Assembly: GCF_032062105.1 (NCBI RefSeq)
Contig: NW_026925719.1
Coordinates: 1 to 64,000 of the forward strand
Length of the DNA: 64,000 nucleotides
DNA from: Saccostrea cucullata
Taxonomy: Eukaryota
Reading direction: 5' to 3'
The notes under the pieces are model-generated. The model was given only the letters and a program-made list of their open reading frames with translations, had not been told where the DNA came from and searched no databases. The position numbers were made by a program, and so were the translations under genes. This document shows positions 35,100-47,000 of the stretch, one piece after another. How positions within the stretch are numbered: position 1 is the stretch's first letter; each line of letters opens with the position of its first letter.

Positions 35100-38000
35100 A
35101 TGGGTAAGTTTTCCACTTTCCGACAAAACTTTTTTCATTATTTGAAAGAGAAAACTATTACAAAGACGTTTTTTAAATATTCCAACTATAAACGAATGAA
35201 ACTTGTAATCATTACACATTCAGTGGTAAATGAGTGTTATAAACAGACGATTTTATGATTAGAAGATTTTTAATGTAATGTCATCATTTACTTACCGCAG
35301 ATCAGAAAATTATCTATTTCAAGGCATAAAACTACCCACAGGGGGCAGTCAAAGAAACAGAAGGGTCTCTAATAAAATTATGACATCTTTCACAAAATGA
35401 TTCAACAAACAAACAAAAAGAGCTGTCTCTTATTACATCAGTAGGTAATGTCTCATTACATCAGTAGGTACTGTCTCTTATTACATCAGTAGGTACTGTC
35501 TCTTATTACATCAGTAGGTACTGTCTCTTATAACATCAGTAGGTACTGTCTCTTATTACATCAGTAGGTACTGTCTCTTATTACATAGTAGGTACTGTCT
35601 CTTATACATCAGTAGATACTGTCTCTTTTTACATCAGTAGGCACTGTCTTTTATTACATCAGTAGGTACTGTCTCTTATTACATCAGTAGGTACTGTCTC
35701 TTATTACATCAGCAGGTACTGTCTCTTATTACATCAGTAGGTACTGTCTCTTATTACATCAGTAGGTACTGTCTCTTATTATATCAGTAAGTAATGTCTC
35801 TTATCACATCAGGGTACTGTCTCTTATTACATCAGTAGGTACTATCTCTTATTACATCAGTAGATACTGTCTCTTATTACATCAGTAGGTACTGTCTCTT
35901 ATTACATCAGTAGGTACTGTCTCTCATCACATCAGTAGGTACTGTCTCTTATTACATCAGTAGGTACTGTATCTTATTACATCAGTAGGTACTGTCTCTT
36001 ATTACATCAGCAGGTACTGTCTCTTATTACATCAGTAGGTACTGTCTCTTATTGTATCAATAGGTACTGTCTCTTATTACATCAGTAGGTACTGTCTCTT
36101 ATAACATTAGTAGGTACTGTCTCTTATTATATCAGTAGGTACTGTCTCTTATAACATTAGTAGGTACTGTCTCTTATAACATCAGTAGGTACTGTCTCTT
36201 ATAACATTAGTAGGTACTGTCTCTTATTACATCAGTAGGTACTGTCTCTTTTTACATCATTAGGTACTGTCTCTTATTATATCAGTAGGTACTGTCTCTT
36301 ATTACATCAGTAGGTACTGTCTCTGATTATATCAGTAGGTACTGTCTCTTATTACATCAGTAGGTACTGTGTTTTATTACATAAGTAGGTACTGTCTCTT
36401 ATTGTCTCTTATCAAGTAGGTACTGTCTCTTATTACATCAGTAGGTACTGTCTCTTATTACATCAGTAGGTACTGTCTCTTATTACATCAGTAGATACTG
36501 TGTTCTTATTACATCAGTAGGTAGTACTGTCTCTTATTGATACTGTCTCTTATCAAGTAGATACTGTCTCTTATTACATCAGTAGGTACTGTCTCTTATT
36601 GTATCAATAGGTACTGTCTCTTATTACATCAGTAGGTACTGTGTTTTATTACATCAGTAGGTACTGTCTCTTATTGTATCAATAGGTATTTCTCTAATTA
36701 CATCAGTATGTAATGTCTCTTATTACATCAGTAGTTACTGCCTCTTATTACATCAGTAGGTACTGTCTCTTATTACATCAGTAGATACTGTGTTTTATAA
36801 CATCAGTAGGTACTATCTCTTATAGTATCAATAGGTACTGTCTCTTATTATATCAGTAGGTACTATCTCTTATTGTATCAATAGGTACTGTCTCTTATTA
36901 CATCAGTAGATACTGTGTTTTATTATATCAGTAGGTACTATCTCTTATTGTATCAATAGGTACTGTCTCTTATTACATCAGTAGGTACTATCTCTTATTA
37001 CATCAGTAGGTACTGTCTCTTATAATATCAGTAGGTACTGTCTCTTATTACATCAGTAGATACTGTGTTTTATTACATCAGTAGGTAGTATCTCTTATTG
37101 TATCAATAGACACTGTCTCTTATTACATCAGTAGGTACTATCTCTTATTGTATCAATAGGTACTGTCTCTTATTACATCAGTAGATACTGTGTCTTATTA
37201 CATCAGTAGGTACTGTCTCTTATTACATCAGTAGGTACTGTCTCTTATTACATCAGTAGATACTGTCTCTTATTACATCAGTAGATACTGTCTCTTATTA
37301 CATCAGTAGATACTGTCTCTTATTACATCAGTAGGTACTGTCTCTTATTACATCAGTAGGTAGTTATTCAATCAGTAGGCACTGTCTCTTATTACATCAG
37401 TAGGTACTGTCTCTTATTACATCAGTAGGTACTGTCTCTTATTACATCAGTAGGTACTGTCTCTTATAACATCAGTAGGTACTGTCTCTTATTACATTAG
37501 TAGGTACTGTCTCTTATTACATCAGTAAGTAATGTCTCTTATTACATCAGTAGGTACTGTCTCTTATTACATCAGTAGGTACTGTCTCTTATTATATCAG
37601 TAGGTACTGTCTCTTATAATATCAGTAGGCACTGTCTATTATTACATCAGTAGGTACTGTGTTTTATTACATCAGAAGGTACTGTGTTTTATTACATCAG
37701 TAGGTACAGTGTTTTATTACATCTGTAGGTACTGTGTTTTATTACATCAGTAGGTATTGTTTCTTATGATATAAGTAGGTACAGTCTTTTGTTATATTAG
37801 TAGGTACTGTTTATTATTATATCCATTTTAGATATAGATACCGTCTCTACTTACATCAATAGGTACAGTTATCAGTTAGTACTTTCTTGTTACATTAATT
37901 CAGTACACAGTGTCACTTTTATAACAACAGTAAGTATACTAGCTGTTTCATTAGCTCTATCATTCATAATGACTCATGTGTTATAAGGAGTTACTCTTAG

Positions 38001-41000
38001 TTTACTAACTTACAATATGAATCGACTGCTATTTTAAAATGTATAATTTTTCTCTTGTGTTTGGATGGAACTGAATCGTTTACATGACCTATAGTTCATT
38101 AACATCTAGTTTTATATAGTATAATTGCTGTTAAAATATTGATGGACCACAAAAGCATCACAAAGTTTTGTAAACCAGAAGTCTTCTGTTATATCAGTAG
38201 ATACTGTCTGGTTTGTACTTATAGCAAAGGAAGAGAAAAGTCTTAAGCATTGGAAATTACTTTTCAACAGCAATAAATCAGAATAATGATCTCTTATTAA
38301 GTCTCTTTAAGTTCTTAGTCTCTACTTACATGCCACATTTATCTTATTAATCAGTAAATGTCTTTGGATAGCATTTTGAAAGAATTTCACAGAAATTTCT
38401 ATTTTTAGTAACCACGGTACAATGTCTCGAAATCAAAAACCGATATACAGAATTATGTCTCTTATTGTAGTCTACTTGTGTACTGTCTATATTGAAATCA
38501 GACTAGGTACTGTCTCTTAGTACATTTTGAAAGAATTTCACAGAAATTTCTATTTTTAGTAACCACGGCAACACTGTTCATCGAAATCAAAAACCATACA
38601 CAGAATTATGTATCTTAGTGTATCTACTTGTGTGCTTCTCTATATTAAATCAGACTAATACTGTCTCTCAGTACATTTTGAAAGAATTTCACAGAAATTT
38701 CTATTTTTAGTAACCACGGCAACACCGTTCATCGAAATAAAAAACCGATACACAGAATTGTGTATCTTAGTGTAGTCTACTTGTGTGCCAAGTTTATTGA
38801 AATCAGACCAAAACTGTAGGAGGAGTAGCATTTTGAAAGAATTTCACAGAAATTTCTATTTTTAGTAACCACGGCAACAACGTTCATCGAAATCAAAAAA
38901 CGATATATAGAATTATGTATCTTAGTGTAGTCTACTTGTGTGCCAAGTTATATTGAAATCAGACCAAAACTGTAGGAGGAGTATCATTTTGAAAGAATTT
39001 CACAGAAATTTCTATTTTTATCAACCAGGCAACACCGTTCATCGAAATCTTTATACACAGAATTATGTATCTTAGTGTAGTCTCTTGTGTGCCAAGTTAT
39101 ACTGAAATCAGACTAAAACTGTAGGAGGAGTCACATTTTATAAGAATTTCACAGAAATTTCTATTTTTGTAACCACGGCAACACCGTTCTCTATCATTCA
39201 AAATGATACACATATGTTCTTAGTGTAGTCTACTTGTGTGTCAAGTTATACTGAAATAGACCAAAACTGTATTTTACAATGTAGCATTTTGAAAAATTGT
39301 TTGGACAGACAGAATCGTTTACAGATGGACGGACGACGGCATTACTATGCTGTTAAAATTTTGGACCACAAAAGCATCTCAAAGTTTTGTAAAAAAAAAT
39401 TAGCTTAACTGCTAGACCAATCAAAATACAGTACAAACTGGGCCAGGTATTTCACAAATTTTTAATTTTATTAAACAACGTACATGTACTTTAAACTACT
39501 GTGGATTTTCTATTGGTGTAAATTGATATGTTGAGTTTCTTTTTTTTGTTATTAATAATTAACAATAATATGATTTTTTAATCAGTATAGTCATTAATCA
39601 TTTTGCTCATATTACATGTATACTTACAATTTGATCGAGGTACAAATTTAATGTTAATATACTAATATATATATTGCTTTTTCTGTATATATGCAATGTT
39701 TGTACAAAAGTCTGTTTAAGGCAGCGGAGTGTACATTTCTCATAGCCCGAAGAAAGTCATGCAAATATTGCACACCGTTTCTGAATAAAGCTGTCATGAT
39801 TTATTGAAATCAATTATTAGAGCCCATTAGCAAATCAATACCTGGACAGGACCATATGATTATTTACACAATGGCCATTTCTACATAAAGTTCTGACAAT
39901 TTAATATAAAAAGTGGCTCTGTCATATTGCTATTAAAGCATGTCACTATAAACGGCCTTCATCTATTATGTATTGGAGTTTTTTAAAACGCAATCTGAGA
40001 GATAGATCCAGTAGACAAACAAATTGTTCTGGGTCACTAGTTGACAATGTTCCTGATCACAGAATAAGTATTTAAAAAATCTATAAGGCACAGGAATAGA
40101 CCAGTCTTTTAATCCTTCATTAAGAAAACTCAATTATCATTTGAATGAAGTTGCATTGATCAAATTTAGAACGCTGATCATGTGCAGGACTGTGATGTAA
40201 GAATATCAAGTTACTCAACATTACCAGAACAGGGAAGTTTATCTAATGATTGGTTAGAAGTTTTGAAAATATTCTATGATGGACCATGAATATATTTGTT
40301 TAAATAATTTTCGTTGAATGTTGATGTCTGTGAACAAAAACAATGGAGAGTGATGTACTTATTTGCGGAGAATTTAAAGGATGTATTTGTACAAATTACT
40401 ATATGTTGACTTGATGATAGCATATTTCTCTGTCTATGGATAAGCAGGGGCATATGTCAGCTGCACACAGGAAATATCATCTCAGACGTGAGTTCAGTCA
40501 GCACTGATATTACTAAATCCACTCTGTTAATGTCTTGTATCTTCAAAATACTGTAAATGTATTACAAATCTTTTTAGGGCCTTTTATGGAAAGTAACTTC
40601 CACTAATTTAAGTACAATGCTAAATGTAATGCATATAAGGAACAAAAAGAAAAGTCAAATCTTCGCTAAATTGTTCAAAAATCAATAACATGTACTGCCA
40701 AATATCTTACACACAAAATATAATACACTACATTTCCAGTAAAAGATGCTTTTCTTCCACATCTTGAAAAATTTCATTTGAAAATGTTATTCTTGAAGCT
40801 TAATTGTAATTTCTTTATCTTTTGGGGGGGGGAGGGGGGATTCCTTATGTATTTCTAAATTCAAGTATAGATTAGCTTTGGTGTCGACATTGATAGAAAA
40901 CCTTGAATTTGTCAAAATGAATTGAAAGTCTCTTTATGTATTTAAACCCCAATCTCTCCCATCTTCAGATGTCTTAAAATTAAAGGGATTTTTTTTTCTC

Positions 41001-44000
41001 TCAGCCCCAGTGAGTAAACAAATGAGGTATGACAGCGCACTGCTTTCCCAAATTCCAAATTCATTTAAAATATTTTCCAAATGTGGAAAACATGTCTATG
41101 ATCACATACTGTATAGACATTGTATTACGATTAATTCTTAAATGGTTTTTCATTGCATTAAAAAACAGTCATAAAGTTAAGAATTAATTTAAAAAAAGAA
41201 GAGCATCAGCAACTCCTGAGATCGACCTCAATTAGAATTTTCTATGAAAGTTTCTGAATGAAATTTGCAGGCATGGTTATTTATTTTAAAAACTTAATGA
41301 AAAGTTTGTATTTAAATAATATATACTTGTAACAAAATCTGATAGGCAACATTGAGTTTTTCTTTATTAAAGTCTCATTGTCTAATCATGCTTTAAACCT
41401 GACCCATTATTGTAGGTGTCTTTTTAAAAGAAATTTAAAAGGTGTCTCAGTCAAGGGATAAACGTGATACATCCTTCTTATAGAAATTTGTAACACTCGT
41501 CACAACATGAAACAATAAAACGTCAACACTCCATCCAAAAAAATCCACCGTGTAACTGTGTGTTACATCAGGTTTAACCAATTAAGTCAATCCAAATTCT
41601 GAGAGTGTTTTTAATCTATCCATTTTATAATCGTATTATGTGAACTGTAAGAATTAATCCCTGTGTTAACCGACAGCGCAGTGGAATTATACGGTTTAAT
41701 GTTCATTTTATCCTCTCCTGAACTACCAACCCACCCCTCTATTACTCCAGGCTTTAATTGCTCTGATCCTAAAGTTTATGTGTCTGTTGTGTAATCCCAC
41801 CATATTTGTAAACATAATGGCCCATCTCTTACTTTCCGTCAATATTCTGAGACTCAGTAAAAGTTGAAATGACATAGTTCGAAGATTGTTTTTGGATGGA
41901 TTTCCATATTCAATAAGAATGCAACATACTATTGGACTTAAAAGTGGAATATTTATGGAAGTGGGATATTTGTGGAACTTCTTTAAATTAATTTTGCTCT
42001 CCTTTGGTTTTTTCTTCTTTTTGGTTTCAACAGGAAAGTTTAATTAAGATAGCTCTTTTGTGACAAAAGAGAAATTGTGACTGAAGACCGATTCAAATGG
42101 TGGAGCAGGGAATACAGTCTGAAAAATCAAATAGGACATTCATAACCTTAACTATGAATGATAACTTACTTAAAGAGAATGATGTCATTACCATTCTTAA
42201 CTACCAAACAGACCTTTAATGGATACAAGAAAAGTGCTTGAACTTCTGGAGAATGACATGGCAGACACTCTCTGTATCAGTCTGGCCTCTTTGGATCATG
42301 GCAATTCTAAACGGGGGGACAAAATTTTACGCAGAGCATCCCATAATCCTCTGTCACCAGAAAAAAATCTGTCCATTGATTGGGTTTCCTTTTCAGGTTT
42401 GGAAACCATGTTTTTTTCTACAAATAACTGCATGTTTGTTGCTTCCTGTAAAGTATTGACTTCTAAAATGACATCAGATTGTCTCCCTTTGAGATAAACT
42501 TTAAAACAGGGTTTCAGTCCCGTATACTAAATGTTTCCTTAGAATTTTTTAAAAGCATCTTCCTCCTGACAAAAATTACCCACATCTTATCTTGGGTCAC
42601 TTCATTTCTTACCTTTGACCAAGCAAATCGTCATGAATTGACTAAATAAGCCTATATATAGCAGTAATGTACAACTAAGTCTCAAATACAATGCACATTA
42701 ATGTGGAGAGTTTCGTTTTCTGAAATTTAAAACTAACTCACTCAGGGAGATCACAAGATTTTTTACATAACTTTTTTGCATTTATAATTTTCCACTTTTT
42801 TTGTTACAGAGGACTTCATGTTTTCCTGATTTGGAGTTTAATTCTCCGTTTTTTTTCATTACAGAGGGGTCAGATCCTGATATAGAGAGTGATTCACAGC
42901 TCCCCGCTCACCGAGCAGCGGCTAAAGGGGAGATAATTGCTCTCGTTAAGGCCATCAAACGGGACCCCAGCTCTCTAGAGCTAGAGGACAGTGAAGGTAA
43001 GGAATATTGCAATGGGGGTTCATCCACCTTAAGTATTCATGTAGACCCAATGAATGGTCTAAATCTGAAAAATAGCAAGAGCAATACCAGTAACAAGAGA
43101 GGAGTTTATACATTTAGCCTGTGATGTGAATTAAACCAAAATTTAGTTTCTCGATCTGGATATAGCAGATCGATCTATATATAAATGGTCAATCAGCAAA
43201 GAGAGATGCAATTATACTGTATTGAAATATTTACATGTGGTCCAAGAAACATGACCACTAATTATGTATATATCAAGAATCTTTTTTTCCTTGCTCACAG
43301 ACATCTATTGCAATGTATTATGATTACAATGAGTAACAGGCATCAACTAATCTCACCTTGAGCGGTTTACACAACTGCTTCTGTACCTAATACAATAATA
43401 AGCAGGAATCACAAAGGGCTATAAGTCTATGAGATTGAAATGAGAAATAAATTCTGTATCTTGTCATTGTGCAATCTGACTTTTTTAAATTGGAGTAAAG
43501 GCCGGTTTACACTATGCATCTTGACACATGCATCTAAACTCATGCTTCAATTTTGCCTCATGCATCTTCTTATTTACACTATGTGTCTTGATGCATGCAT
43601 CTTTAGAATACTTTGTAAAGATGAAATTTCTCTGCTTAAAAAAATAACAATACCTTCAAATTTCATTTCCAGATTTATTTTAGTTGAACAAATCATTCTT
43701 AATTTCCTTTTTATGACAGTTCTTGGAAGGTATAATTTATATTTATTCCAAAACAAAAACTCTGCTAACTTATAATAATCAAATAAGTTTTTCTAATTGT
43801 AGTTTTAATCAGTATTTTCTGCTTTTGTGTATCTTGGGAAGTTATTTTTGAAAATATATGAAAAAAATAAGGCTCATGATTCAGTATTAACTCTGACCTT
43901 TCTTTTCATTGGTCAGTTCCATGCATCTTGAAGCACGGAATAGAACAAGTTCTATTCCATCGTTCAAGATGCAACATGCACCCATTTAATTTGACACAAG

Positions 44001-47000
44001 GGGCTTTTACACTGTGAATCTTGACACATGCATCCAAGATGCATGTGTCAAGATGCATAGTGTAAACCGGCCTTAAGGGTGAGGTCCTATATCTAGTGTA
44101 ATGTCAGCTATATAATCTCTCATCCTCACAACGTCAGGGGTCCTGAGTCAACACGTTGCCGTTGGACCCCTTCCAACGGCAACGTGTTGACTCAGGACCC
44201 CTGACGTTGTGAGGATGATAATCTCTATGAGCAGTTCATATAAATAGTGATTACCTGCGGAGCTTAATGGTAAATTACTTTCATTATGCACAATTTCCTG
44301 GTGAAAAATCAATAAATCTGGTACTATCTGAAGGTTTTCCTCCTGTCTGTAGAAGCAGCTGTTAAGGTTCCTATGACAATTAAAAGCCCTAGATCATCAC
44401 AATATTTCAAAGTTCAAGGTGAAATTTCATTTTTCAAGTAATAATGATAAAGCAAATTGACTTGAAGACATGTCCTAATTGGGTTTCTTGATTATGTGAT
44501 GTGATGTAAAATATATTTGTATATAAATTTTACTGTATTAATTTGAACAGTACGTAAAGTAAATAATTTTCCTTTTTAAGAGATACATGTACTTTGCGAA
44601 ACTACAATAAATAAAATTTCATTCTCACTAAAAAAAATATTTTACACATTTAATATTACAGGTGTTTAGTACACTTTAAAATCACAGTAAACCATCATTG
44701 TCTGTTTCCTGTATAATTTACAGGCTTAACTCCCTTGGGGCATGCTGTAAAGTCCAAACAGCTAGAAGCTGTGAAGCAAATCATCAAGATGGGGGGAAAT
44801 ATAAACACTCAGGACTGTCAGGGAAGAACTCCACTGGCCAGAGCAACATACGAGGTTAGTAACCTGATCTCCTACCAACTAAATCAGTAATCATAGCAGG
44901 ATCCAAAGCTACACACTATTAAAAAAAACCATAGCTACACACCATGGCAGAAGCAAATGCTCTACATTGTTCAATAACCATAGCTACTCAACCATGACAG
45001 GAACGAACAATGTACACCATGGCAGTACCATAGCTACACACTATTCAATAACCATAGCTACACACCATGGCAGGAACAAAAGCTAATAGTACACCATGGC
45101 AGTAACATAGTTACACACTATTCAATAACCATAGCTACACACCATGGCATGAACAAAAGCTTAGTACACCATGGCAGTACCATAGTTACACACTATTCAA
45201 TAACCATAGCTACACACCATGGCAGGAACAAAAGCTTAGTACACCATGGCAGTAACATAGTTACACACCATTCAATAACCATAGCAATACACCTTGGCAG
45301 TTACCATAGCAACATACTATTCAATAACCTTAGCTACATACCATCTAGTTACCATACAAAAGCCATAGCTACACACTATTCAGTAACTTAGCTGCACACT
45401 ATGGCATGAACTGGATAATTAACACCATTTAATATCATAGTTGCAGACCATGGCAATATCCAAACTTCCTAACAAGAGAATAACTCCATAGCTACACTAT
45501 TCAATAACCATAGCTACACACCATGGCAGGTGTAGTCATGCAGTCCCCATCGCTACATATATACAAGTAACAAACAGTGAAATATACACACCAAATCAGT
45601 AAACATTAGCTATCATTAATAATAAATACTGTAAATGCTAAAATATTTGTTAGGGATTTAATTACATTTATTTCATGGTTAAAAAATTATCAATGAAATT
45701 AAATCCCACATGCTGAAAAGCTACACAACAAGCAAAGAATCCCAACCAAATAACCAAATTACATGTAGTAATCATACCATTCAAGTATTTTATATTTTCA
45801 AATGACAGTCTCAAGAAAATTGCCTAATTGAAGGTTTCAGCATACCATTTAATGTAATTCACTGGTTTGCATTATATACTGGTATTTTATAGGGTTGGTT
45901 TGAAGGAGTGATATATTTGCTTAGAAAAGGTGCAAAACAGAGCATAGCTGAGAAATCAGGGAGGACGCCTCTACATGCATCTACCTACGACAAAGATGTC
46001 AGGTAGGATTAACTTTAGTTTCTACAAAAGTCAGGTATAGCAACATAACTGGCATCTACTTACAACAAAATCAGATATAGCAACATGTGTTACATAGTGG
46101 TCAGCCATAGCCACAGGTCTATCATATTCAGTATAGAATAGTTATGCATGAGAATCTTTTAGTTGACAATATGGCAACATCTAATACAGTCACCTGACAG
46201 AGTCAACAGGCTCCGGGGCCATAAAACTGGGATGAGCACACTTTTGATCTCAGTCTCACTTTTCCACTATTAATCCCTTTTGAAAAAGTGAGACTGAGAT
46301 CAAAAGTGTGCTTGTCTCTGTTTTATGGCCCTGGAGCCAGATATACCAACTTATTCTAGAAAAGGCAAACAAATAGATCCTCCAAAGGTACAGTTTAATG
46401 CTCAGCTACTAAGACATTCGCTCTTCTTAAACAGTCTTGACTCAAAATATCCATGGTATTGAAGATATGAATGTTTGAGATTCTAAAGTTAAGTTGTATA
46501 CTCCAGTACTTTGTATTAGAGATCATTTTTGTTCTATTATTGCAGAATTATTGGTGCTTTACTGCAGACTTTGTCTAAGGAAGAAGTTGTCAAAGATGAC
46601 AATGAGGTGTGTAGTTTTCTGTTGTTGAGAATTCTCCTAGCCTGGGGACAATAAAGTATAACTTATTCTGAAGACCACAAAATTGAGAATGATAAGGTAT
46701 GACAATGAGGTTTGATGGATTCTGGGGGAAAATAGCTTCTTCTTATTCTGAGGACCAAAAGGTTTGCCTCATTTACAGAGCCATGATTGATGTTAAAATG
46801 TCTTATTTTGAGGATAATGAGTTTTCAGTGACCTCATAATTTAATGGACCACATTGATAAACCTTATAATTTTAAAGACCAAAAAAAACAACCCTTTATC
46901 TTATTCTGCAGACAAGAGGGTTTATCTTATTCTGAGGATAATAATGTGTTGTGTTATTTTAAAAATCCATTTTTTTTTTTAACAATTTAAGATGAGTACA

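Noticed and set aside
35421-37870. CRISPR-like regular short repeats (also 53760-56400)
   Set aside because: Units are head-to-tail with no unique spacers, there are no cas genes, and the context is eukaryotic.
42219-42497. 92-aa ORF just upstream of the first large ANKRD55 exon
   Set aside because: No recognisable homology and no convincing phase-1 donor; the ATG G|GTAAGT exon at 35100 explains the start better.
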